From: Podarcis tiliguerta
Lineage: Eukaryota
Length of the DNA: 64,000 nt
Assembly (NCBI GenBank): GCA_965153285.1
Contig: OZ229117.1
Reading direction: 5' to 3' (one strand)
In this document: in pieces, positions 1-10,329 of the stretch
Layout: each line of letters opens with the position of its first letter
How positions within the stretch are numbered: the stretch's first letter is position 1
Translations under genes and position numbers: made by a program
Notes under the pieces: model-generated
Told to the model about the DNA's origin: nothing
What the model saw: the letters and a program-made list of their open reading frames with translations, nothing else
The model's database searches: none

Positions 1-1027
1 TGCACCCCACTCCCCAAGTAATGGGAGACTTCAGAGGTGCTAGCGCACACCTGTGTCTTCCCAGCTTCAGATAAGACTAGAAAAGACTGGCCTACTCTTC
101 TACCCCCAGAATGACATTGCCTCCAATCAGGTGAGGGAGGAAAGTCTGGCCCCTTCTTCTGGAAGCATCACTAGCCAGTAATTTCTATGACAACACAACT
201 GTCCTGGGCCAGCTCTTTAGTCATGTAAAAAGATGCTTAATGGACTTGGCTAGGGCCACTTAACAGACTGGTCTGACTCGTTCCTTCTATGTTTGGGGGT
301 GGAATCCAAACATGACATCCATGCCATCACCCCAGTTCTATCATGCTATATTTCATTGCTAAGTCGCTCTCATTTTCCCTCCTCCTGAGCAGTTTATGGG
401 CGCTTTAATAGTTGTGTTTTTTATAGTTAATAAGGGTGCCTTTTTATGTGGTGCCAAACTGAATGCCTGAAACAGTTGCCTCACTCTGCTCAATGATAGG
501 ACCAGCTCTGCATGGCACAGGACAGCAAACAGTGACATGGCAAAGGTGGGAGAAAACAGCTGGGATTCACCAATCTCTGCCTGAAGTGACAGTTGTAAAA
601 ATATTCATATCCCAAAGCCCTCGCCAACTGACCAGGCACCCAAGCTATCCTCCTCTCCTCTGCACAATGAAAACGGCTGGTATTAGCTTCCATGCCCACA
701 ATTTGTTTGCTTTTTGTTTTGTTTTTTGCTTCTTTGGAATGTATCCATGAAGGAAACAAAGGGAGCTGGCTCAGTAGGTAGAGAGGAGGGGTGGGGAAGG
801 AGGCAGTGAATGGAAATGTTCTGTGACACTTCCCCAATGTCATTGCATTATTGCCGTCTGGACTAGAGGGCAATGAAAGTGAGACAAAAAACAGGCAAAC
901 CAGAACATACATAGTTTCAGGGGCATGCACTAACTGGACATGCAGTACATCTGCCCCCAAACCTTTCCATATGTAAAAACTACTGAAAGCCTATGACCAC
1001 CCTGATAGTATTATGGGTATGAATCTT

Positions 1028-1800
1028 CATAGAATCAGAGTTGTGAGAGACCCCTTGGGTAATCTAGCCCAACCCCCTGAGATGCAGGAATCACTGCTCA
1101 AGAATTCCTGACAAATGGCCATCCAATTTCTGTTTAAAAACCTCCAGGGAAGGGAGAGTCCACCACCTTCCAAAGGAGTCTGTTCCACTGTCAAGTGGCT
1201 TTTATTGTCAGAAGGTTCATAGAATCATAGAGTTGGAAGAGACCACAAGGGCCATCGAGTCCAACCCCCTGCCAAGCAGGAAACACCATCAGAGCACTCC
1301 TGACATATGGTTGTCAACCCTCTGCTTAAAGACCTCCAAAGAAGGAGACTCCACCACACTCCTTGGCAGCAAATTCCACTGTTGAACAGCTCTTCCTAAT
1401 ATTTAGTAAGAATCTTCTTTCTTGTTACCCGAATCCATCAGTTCAGGTCCTCCCCTCAGGAGGAGTGGAAAACAAACTTGCACCTTATCCCCAGGGACAG
1501 CCCTTCAGATATTTGAAGATGGCTATCATTTCTCCTCTGTCTCCTCTTCTCCAGGCTGAACATTCCCAAGTCCTTAAACTGATCCTCATAAGACTTGATT
1601 TCCAGAACCTGTATCATCTTGGTCACCTTCCTCTGCGCACACTGCAGCTTGTCAATAGTCTTCTTAAACCATGGAGTCCACAAATGGACACAGGACTGAC
1701 CAAGGGTCTGACTAAAGCAGAATAGAGTGGTACTATCACATACTTCCCTTGATCTGGACAGTAGACTTCTATTGATGCAGCTTATAATTGCATTATCCTT
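1028..1800 (-). mobile_element. CR1 LINE 3' fragment, with a second CR1 3' end nested at ~1219-1392
   Basis: Minus-strand ORF 1456-1836 contains a CR1 ORF2 C-terminal-like peptide (KLQCAQRKVTKMIQVLEIKSYEDQFKDLGMFSLEKRRQR). CATAGAATC tail motifs occur at 1028 and 1218. Confidence 0.85.
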
Positions 1801-2039
1801 TACTGCTTCTGCACCATGTTTGTAGATGTGATGCACACAACAGAGGAGGATGCCTGAGGGGTCTTAAAGCCCAGCTGTCACTGCCTCTGGTAACCGCCCT
1901 GCCTGCAAGGCTGTGGGAGACCAATTGCTTTCCTACTTGTTTGCAAAGCTGCAGGGCTGAACAGGGCTTCGTCCAGCCAGAGATGGGGGAGAAAGTTGAT
2001 TGTGTTGTTGTTTAAAGGCAGGCTTACCTACTTTTAACT

Positions 2040-2366
2040 TTTCAAAACAGAGTGTGAACTAAAGTAGTCATCCTTTGAAATGTACACTTCTCTGAATTTT
2101 GAAGTGTAATTTCTCCAGCCATTTAATGTGCACAAATGTGCATGTATTGATGACAATATTATAAAAACCACATTTTATTATGGGAAATTGCTTTGCAAAT
2201 ATATTAGGATAAATTTGCACTAAGCTGTTGATGAATTTTCATGCGGACTTTCATCCTGTCTTTTTTTTTTTTACAAACTGATATGGACATTCGGAGAACT
2301 AAACTTCAGATAAAAAGAAGAGAGAAGCTGAGAGAAACCAAAGTTGATGTATTGGCCCATCCCTAG
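2040..2366. repeat. Old interspersed repeat, possibly a non-autonomous DNA element; related copy at ~7440-7771
   Basis: Both copies share blocks (GGAAA..TGCTTTGC, TTTTCATG.GGAC, GGAGAACT.AA, CTGAGAGAA.CC.AAA.TTGA, ATCCCT end). Confidence 0.5.
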
Positions 2367-3759
2367 CCCACCCCTGTCGTCCTCTCCTCTACACTTCAGT
2401 TTGCAGTCAGTCTGATGTGGATCCTACAGAGTGCCTTGCCAGTGCCAGCCTTTCAATAGCCTTTTGTGCTGGATCGTGCATGGCTGTGCTTGATGCCCCA
2501 AGGAATGGGCAATCTGATAACTATCAAGCTGGATTTGAAAACAGCTTTATCTTTTTGCTAAAGTTAATATAGCAGGACTAACGACGGAAGTCAGCGGCAG
2601 CCAGGCTGCTGCGGGCAATTGGCTGCCATGGGAACATCTCCTTTTTCCTCCCTCCTTGAAAGCAGAACCCCCTTCCCCTCACTTGCCATCAATTACATGC
2701 CAAATTTGTGGCTGGCCACCTCTAGTAAAGCCCAGAGTAGAATTTCAACTGCGTTCGACCTCCTGTACCAACCGCAACATCATCATCAATATATTTCTTA
2801 ATAGCTATTGTGGAGGCAGGGAAGCAGAGGCCTGAAAGAGAAGGCATTGTCCAGACCGAAGCAACAGGAGAGAGCCAGAGTGTTTATGCCGGAGACAATG
2901 TCTCTTTGGCCACATAGCGCCTCTTTCATGGCCACCAGCAATGAAAGACTTTTGTGGAGTAACCGGCGGTAAATCAAGCCCCTGGCCAGCTGCTTTAACT
3001 GCATCATTCTCCTCCTCCTCTACCTTCTCCCTGTCAGAGGGATATTAATACTTTGGAGATGATGTGAGGTGTCCTCTTCCTTAACCTGATGCCTCCACTT
3101 TCTAAGCTACTTGCCTCCAGCTGGTGAACTCAATGTTCTCTTTGGGGGTGCAGAAACCAATCAGTCCCTGCAAGCTGGAAGTCTGCACAGTCATTTTCGA
3201 CTTGTTAATCTAATTTATGGCAACATTTTCAACGTGCATCTTTGCTTCTTGTTTTTTAATTTTTTCTATGGTTGCAAGTGCGTTGTGGGCAGAAAATTGC
3301 TTGCTTGTTTACTCTCCAGCAGCCAAGGGGCTGGATGACTTAGCCAAGGCGGCAGCAGGAGCAGACAGGAGCTGTGCCCCACTAGGCCCCAGAGCCAGGA
3401 AAGAGACAATGGGCAACAAGCCTCTAGGGAGGTATAACATTGCTTCCAGTGACTGAGCAGAAGCCAAGAGTGTGCCTATGTAACCATGGACACAGACACC
3501 ATGAGGCGGTTTGCAGGCGCCTGAAGTACATTGCATTGGCACTTGAGAGAGAATGAAGAGCTTGCGCCAAAGTTGCCAGGTGCCTTTATTCTGCACATCT
3601 GTGTCACTAGAAATAAATTCAGTGGAACTGTGTGCCACAGTGAAATGTACCATATTGCAGCAATGCCTGTTTGCCTTGGGAGTGAAGTAGTGTGGTGGGG
3701 TTGAAGCTTACCTACCGCCTCTTTCAGATGACCTGCCCCACAGTTTAAGAAGGGTATTG

Positions 3760-4190
3760 ACAAGCTGAAAGGTGGGCAGAGGATGATGACTAGGATGAGC
3801 AAGAGTCTGGAAACCAAGCCTTATTTATGTGGAATGGTTGAGGGAGTTGGGCCTGGAGGAGACGGAGAGGTGAAATGATACCTCTCTGCAAATATCTAAA
3901 GGGCTGTCACATGGAAGATGGAGCAAGTTTGTTTTCTGCTGCTCCTGAAGGTACCGAACTGAGGAATTCAAATGACAAGAAAAGAGATTCTGACTAAAGA
4001 TCAGGAGGCACTTTCTGACAGTATTAGATGTCCGGCAGCGGAATGGACTCCCTCAGAAGCTGGTGGACTTACACTGGAGGTTTTTCAGCAGAGCTTGGAT
4101 GGTCATCTGTCATGGAAGCTTTAGCTGTGATTCCTGCATTGCAGGGGGTTGGACTAGATGACCCTTGGGGTTCCTTCCAACTCCGATTCT
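3760..4190 (+). mobile_element. CR1 LINE 3' fragment
   Basis: Degenerate ORF2 end followed by the CR1 3' UTR motif ATTCCTGCATTGCAGGGGGTTGGACTAGATGACCCTTGGGGTTCCTTCCAACTC; it ends ~55 bp before the PLLP exon. Confidence 0.85.
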
Positions 4191-4244
4191 GCAAAATCTC
4201 CTTCACTAGCAAAAGTTGTCAATCTCCTTTTTTCTGTTGTGCAG

Positions 4245-4418
4245 GTGCTGGGATGCCTGGTGTGGGCCCTCATTGCAGACACATATTACCAACCGTACCC
4301 TTCCTACGGGTGGGTGATGTTTGTCGCTATCTTCTTCTGGCTGGTAACGGTCATCCTTTTTGGGATGTACCTCTTCCAACTTCAGGCGAAGCTCTACATG
4401 ATTCCTTGGCCTATTGTG
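4245..4418 (+). CDS. PLLP: Plasmolipin coding exon 2 (174 nt)
   Basis: gcag|GTG...GTG|gtgagt; VLGCLVWALIADTYYQPYPSYGWVMFVAIFFWLVTVILFGMYLFQLQAKLYMIPWPIV. Confidence 0.95.
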
Positions 4419-6170
4419 GTGAGTACCCAATACCCTTCTTCAGCCTGGGGCCCTTCAGTTGTTTTGAACTACAGCTCCCAGGTGCTCTGGCACACCCTAC
4501 CCCAAGCCCTCTCCCCCACACTGTCCTCCAGATGGTTTGTGCTACAGCTTTCAGCTGTGCCTGCCTGAGGGCTGATGGGAACTGTAGATCAAACCACCAG
4601 GAGGGCAGTGGGGGTGGCAGGAAGTCTGGCTTTTCCTGTTAAGTTCTGGAAGCCTAGCTGCCTCCTTATTTATCAATTTATTTATTTTTTAAAGTATGCA
4701 CTGCTGCATCATAAAAAAAAAATCAAAGCAGTTTGCAACAGTATATAGGCAACTCTCCATTTATGCAGTTTGGCTCACACGCAACTGTGTGTACACGAGG
4801 TGCCAGGGAATCAATCAATCAAAATGGCAGAAAGCCACGTAAAGGGCAAAAATTGCTTTGTAAATTGACACAAGGGATTAAAACCTGGCTCAGTAGTAAA
4901 CAGTGCAACCATCTTAACCAAGATGTCACCTGTTGGCGGCTATGTGCCCCCATCAGCAGTCTTGCTGCCACATGCTGCCGCAGTTGGAGCTTTCGGGCGA
5001 GGCCCAGGGCAGCCCCCCATAGAGTGCATCACAGTAAACCAGCCTCAATGTTAACAACATAAGAACTTTAGGGAGCACATTTAGTACTTTAGAGAGCAGC
5101 CTTTGTGCCTCTCTTCTGCTGTTAATGCCTGATTGTAATTCGTGCAGCTTTCGCAGGAAAGAGAAAAGGTATTTGTAAGGCACATAAGCCTTTTTGCTCA
5201 GGACAGGTTCTGATGTTCACAGGACCAGCTGATCTAGTAGAATTAAACGATAGGTTTATTTCACCTTGTGTTTAAATAGAAGTATTGTGGGTTGTTGTTT
5301 TTTTTAAAAAAAATGCAAAATAGGCCTTAGGGAGGTGATGCTGAATTTGCAGCATTCTAACAGCAGCAGGTGAAGATTGCCCCTGGCACCAGGGACATCA
5401 GCTTAGATGCGTCCTGCAGGAAACAGTTAACAGTCTCCACTTCTGCAGCAGTTCAGCAAGTCCCTTCTCTTCTTCTGTGGAACAGCAAAGTGCCACCTCC
5501 CCATTCTGCCAGTCCAGAAGGCAGAGACAGGAAAGGAACAGTGCTCTCATTGTTACACTTTCATAACCAGTATGACTAGAATTCCTACAGCCATCTAAGC
5601 AGAAACTGTTGCCAAAATTCCAAAACTGAATGGGCGACTCTTGCAGTTGGTCCTGTGCAAATCAGCGAAGTGCGCACTTGTTTTGGCCACAGAACATCCT
5701 AGTCTAAGTGACCTTTATCAATCAGGAACAGATCCACGAAAGGGTCCCCTCCACACAGCTCACTTACAGAGAATTGCATGTGCTTTTTTCATCTACGATG
5801 AAGCCAGACATAAATATTAAGGCTGGTGCAACATGTTGACTGCTTCTAGCTTCACAGTTTGAACAGTACATACCATCAAATTGGAGGCTACTCTTGCTTG
5901 TCTGCCAGTGCTTCAAGAGGACTGCTTTGTCTTTTCTAAAATTAATTTTAATTACCGTGGTTAAAGGACCATTATTCACCTTGTTTTTTTAAAAAGGAAA
6001 GTTGGTTTGCTTGCTTTTAAAAAAAATTCAGAACTGTTCAGGGGAATGTGCATTTGTGAGGTCGCAGGCACTAGCCATTCAGTACTGATGACATTTGACT
6101 TCTGCTGCAAAGTTGCATAACCAGAGGATTTTTTTCCTAGAGCTTGAAAAAAATGTATGATTGCTGTACA

Positions 6171-6502
6171 GGGAAGATGCTATAGCTCATTGGTGAAACA
6201 CACACATTGCATGCAGGAGACCCAGGCTCCATTTCCATTTTCATATAAAAGAATCAAGTAGCAGGTGAAGGAGAAAAGTCTCTACCTGATCCTGAGGAAA
6301 GCTGCTGCCATTCAGAGTAAAGATGAATGGTCTAGATCAGGCATCCCCAAACTTGGCCCTCCGGCTGTTTGGGGACTACAATTCCCATCATCCCTGACCA
6401 CTGGTCTCATTAGCTAGGGATGATGGGAGTTGTAGTCCCAAAAGAGCTGGAGGGCTGAGTTTGGGGATGCCTGGTCTAGATGGACCAACGGCCTAGCTCA
6501 GG
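6171..6502 (+). mobile_element. Squam3-like tRNA-derived SINE, interrupted by a hAT MITE
   Basis: tRNA-like head (GCTATAGCTCATTGGT...TGCATGCAGGAGACCCAGG), body GCTGCTGCCA.TCAGAGT, and 3' part CTAGATGGACCAA.GG; similar to minus-strand copies at 25160 and 51948. Confidence 0.65.
6338..6473. mobile_element. hAT (Charlie/MER5-like) MITE
   Basis: Perfect 16-bp TIRs CAGGCATCCCCAAACT/AGTTTGGGGATGCCTG, perfect 8-bp TSD GTCTAGAT (6330-6337, 6474-6481), and an internal palindrome. Confidence 0.93.
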
Positions 6503-7252
6503 TTTGTAACAAAACACAGTAAAGCTGCTTCCAACCCATAACTAAAATTATTACATCTGTCTTTACCCAATAAACACTATTTGCCTAGTGTTATATATCT
6601 GAATCAGAACAATCCTCAGAATCCTTTTCACTAGGATAAGCAAAACTATTGTATCCAATCTGAGGATTTGTATCCTAGAATTTTCACCAGTGTGCTAGTT
6701 TGTTTGCATTCTCCTTGAGCACAGGATGCTACAAGTAAAACCTCTTCATTCCTGGAGGAACGCTGAGGGCAGTGCCATGGCAGAAAACTCATGCACCTGG
6801 CTGCTTAGGAGGAAGATTGGGTGTGGGAGAAGCAATTGGAAACACATGCCCATGTTCATCTCCTGGAACAACCTCGTGCGGGGGAGAAAACGGGCATCTC
6901 ATTGGCTAACACCTGTGAGATCATACAGGCTTCAGTTCCTGTAGAAGCTTTGCAACTTATTTAAAATGTTTGTGTGGAGATAAAAGGGAAAAGCACACAA
7001 TATAAAGATGCAGTCAGTCCCCACCTGAAGCATGAGGGCAAGAGGCAAGAGCAAGATTCAGTTCGTATGCATAAGGCAGGTCATGGCATCCAGATCACCT
7101 GCAATTGAAAAATCTGCTGTGAGAATTGTCAAGAATGTTAGGAACATAGGGAGATGCTTTTCTTTGAGTTGCAGCCCTTCCCCTATGTTCTGTAGGTCTT
7201 CACCTTTAGACCTCATGGAACGTCCTCCAAAACTGTCTTCTTTTTCTTCCAG

Positions 7253-7375
7253 CTAGTGGTATTCAATGTTGCTGCGTCCGTCTTGTATGCAACAGCTTTC
7301 ATCACAAGCGCTGCTTCTGTTGAGCCGTACTCCTGGCCGCACTCACCAGACTACAACAGAAGAGCCTCTGCCTCG
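7253..7375 (+). CDS. PLLP: Plasmolipin coding exon 3 (123 nt)
   Basis: ttccag|CTA...TCG|gtgagt; LVVFNVAASVLYATAFITSAASVEPYSWPHSPDYNRRASAS. Confidence 0.95.
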
Positions 7376-8282
7376 GTGAGTTAACCCTTTGCACTTGCAT
7401 CCCTGTTGCACTTGTTGCTGGGAGGCAGGGAGGGGGGAAGAAACGCCATCATCTGAAATATGCGGTTTGCTGAATTTCGCAATCCAGCGAAGTTGAGTGC
7501 ACAGAAATGCATATGCTAAGGTAAAGGGTGCCTAAGAGTGCACACGTTGGTGAAAACAACATACAAAAATTCTTTAGGGAAAACTGCTTTGCCAAAAAGA
7601 TGGAATCGCATAGAAAAATGTGTAACTTACAGAAAAGTTACACTAAAATTTTGAGTTTTCATGAGGACCTTTTGTTTAAAAGAACACAATGGTGTGAAAA
7701 TGTGGAGAACTGAATGAGGGGGAAAGTGAGAATCTGAGAGAACCCAAAATTGACAGATTCACCTATCCCTGCCCATCAGAATATGAAGGGAGCCTCCAGA
7801 TGACTCTGAGGGGTCCCCCCTTTTCTTTTTACCATACCTAGTTATATGACCCCAATTGCCCCCAGTACTCAGCCCCCACCCCCTGCAATGCCATCTGTAA
7901 ATATGTGGTGCTAGCTTGCCAGTACATCATTTTGTGTACTCATCCAGAGCTTGCAGTGCCAGCAATGAGGTAACGTTCAGTAACTGGGAATCCAGCTGAA
8001 GCTACATTATGTGTTTTGTCCTCCCTGGAGTAACTCAGCTCCTTAGTCCAGTGCCAGCCACCAGCATGTCGGATGATGTGTAATGCTGTGTTAACCAGTT
8101 TCGGCTAGGCAAGGGCACGCTGGCACACCACCCTCCATTTCCAGGTTATCATTTTGTACTGTGCTTTTACTGAAATCCACTGCAGGCTGAAATGGACATA
8201 TTTATGTTAAATCCACTTAGGACTGAGGTTTTAACAGTTCAGAGGGAGATCCTTCTTTGCATCTCACTTACTCCCTATTTTA

Positions 8283-8648
8283 GGGATGCGGGTGGTGCTG
8301 TGGGTTAAACCACAGGGCCTAGGACTTGCCGATCAGAAGGTCGGTGGTTCGAATCCCCGCGACGGGGTGAGCTCCCATTGTCCGGTCCCTGCTCCTGCCA
8401 ACCTAGCAGTTCGAAAGCACGTCAAAGTGCAAGTAGATAAATAGGTACCGCTCCAGCGGGAAGGTAAATGGCGTTTCCGTGAGCTGCTCTGGTTCGCCAG
8501 AAGCGGCTTACTCAGGCTGGCCACATGACCCGGAAGCTGCCTGAGGACAAATGCCGGCTCCCTTGGCCAATAAAGCGAGATGAGCGCCGCAACCCCAGAG
8601 TCGGTCACGACTGCACCTAATGGTCAGGGGTCCCTTTACCTTTACCTC
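8283..8648 (+). mobile_element. Sauria SINE (Squam1), full length
   Basis: tRNA-like head with B box GGTTCGAATCC, core GCAAGTAGATAAATAGGTACCGC, (ACCTTT)n tail, and 14-bp TSD TACTCCCTATTTTA (8269-8282, 8649-8662). Confidence 0.95.
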
Positions 8649-9216
8649 TACTCCCTATTTTAAGAACTCAAGGCCATGGGGTTCTTGAATGTTGTGCTGA
8701 GTACTGACATACTCTTACGCCTTGGCTGGAAGCTACTTTTTCTTATATTATTAACAGCTACCAGAGTGGATGTTTTGAAAGGCTTCAGTGCTGAAACTCA
8801 GCTTCTGCTTTTGGCCTTTGTCCATATGATCCAATAAATGCCCAGCAGATTTGTGCACAAGACCAGTTCCCATCTCCCCCTTTAAAACTGCTACTCTAGC
8901 TGCCAGAAGAGGCAAGCTACTTTTAATTGAGATTTTAAGCAGAAAAGTGGATTGTCTCTACTGCAGGCAGTGGAGATCTTCACAGAAAATGTTGGGTTCA
9001 TCAGCATTTTCCTACTGAAGCTCTTTTATTCCTCTTCAGCCAAAAACGCTCCCAGAGGCTTACAATAAACTCAGTAGATCAGTAGATCTCACTGCAATCT
9101 TTGCCTGCACATTCACAATCTAATCATCATACGATGACTTGGGACCCAGGATGGACCTACAGCTTACTCACCTAAGCTCCTGGGACACTAATGCCCCCGT
9201 CTCCTGTCTTTTGCAG

Positions 9217-9336
9217 TTTTTTGCTTGCCTGGTGATGATTGGCTACGGGGTCAGTGCCTGCCTCAGCATTCGAGCCTGGAGGGGATATGGGAGTAACGCA
9301 GCAACCAGCCAAGCGACCATTTCTAATCACGCCTGA
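9217..9336 (+). CDS. PLLP: Plasmolipin last coding exon, to stop
   Basis: ttgcag|TTT...TGA; FFACLVMIGYGVSACLSIRAWRGYGSNAATSQATISNHA*. Confidence 0.95.
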   Translation, partial: FFACLVMIGYGVSACLSIRAWRGYGSNAATSQATISNHA

Positions 9337-9639
9337 AAACTGTGGGCCATTTTTAATCAACGCAACTTGACTGGGTGACAGTGGCTACTGGGGCCGTTGG
9401 GTGTTTGGTGTCTTCTCTCTGCCCTTTTCCCTTCCAGACCTAGTACTCTGAATGCTATTCCCAGTCCCAGCTTTAGCATGGCCTTTGCCAAGTATGCTGT
9501 ATGTGTTTTTAACGCCATCTATAGCTGGTTAAAGCACCCCACCCCACCCCATACTTTGCACTAATTAGTATCCTCAGACTGGTCAAGGGCCAGCTGAATC
9601 AATGGAGCAAAGCCAGCAAGAGACAACCCAATGGCTGGT

Positions 9640-9673
<34 letters not shown>
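9640..9673. repeat. (CT)n(CA)n compound microsatellite in the PLLP 3' UTR
   Basis: Read directly from the sequence. Confidence 0.9.
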
Positions 9674-9676
<3 letters not shown>

Positions 9677-10314
9677 CGACTCGTGGCTTGCAGTGAGTCA
9701 GCACAGGTAACACCCCATTTAGTAACCTCAGCATCTCATGCCACTTTTGACCCAATGCTTCTGCAGGCACTGCCCTGTACAAACATAGATCAAGTGGTTG
9801 AAATTAAGGGGGAACCTGCCTTTCTGTGCCTTGGCTGCATGTGATCTTATTGCTAAAGGCCACTGCATGTGGTGACCATTCAAAGTTGCAGGCTCAGATT
9901 TGTGCCGGAGATTTGACACTCCACAAGCCTGGTGCACACAGGTATTTGCCGTCACTTGATGACCGGCAGCTGAATGTGTCAACTGACTACACTGAGCAAG
10001 CATCAGGTTCAAAGGGACATCAAAGTGCTCTGAAGTGGGAAGATGGTCCACTGAGACACACTGTCATCAAGGGATGGACACGCTCCTGTGAAGCAGCCCA
10101 GAGGATGCCCATCTCCAGGGACAGCCAAGCCAGCACGTCTCACCAAAAACTAAACCCACTAAAAAAGCAAACCCAGCAGCCTCCCTTTATGCCAGCCACT
10201 TTCAGCCATTATGTAAATAATGTATAATTATTAACCCAGTGTGTTCCATAGTAGCAAGGATGCTTCTGGTACAAGACCACAGGTATTTTATTTCTAAAAA
10301 AAGGTTTTGTTTTA

Positions 10315-10329
10315 AATAAAATAAATAAA
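10315..10329 (+). terminator. Probable PLLP polyadenylation signal (overlapping AATAAA hexamers)
   Basis: First AATAAA cluster seen after the stop codon, ~1 kb downstream, with U-rich flanks. Confidence 0.6.

Larger units (their letters stand above)
4245..9336 (+). other. PLLP: PLLP (plasmolipin, MARVEL domain) gene, partial: CDS join 4245-4418,7253-7375,9217-9336; first exon outside the window
   Basis: The joined peptide matches plasmolipin motifs (GWVMFVA, PWP, YN..AAS, WRG.GSNAATSQ). All junctions are phase-0 GT-AG. Confidence 0.95.

Noticed and set aside
4028-4642. 204-aa ORF over PLLP exon 2
   Set aside because: It starts in a CR1 relic and runs through the exon in another frame into the intron; there is no recognisable protein and the real exon explains the region.
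8333-8608. Similar ORFs at 8333, 16344, 29786 and 35015 that look like a small gene family
   Set aside because: All are antisense translations of Sauria SINE copies.
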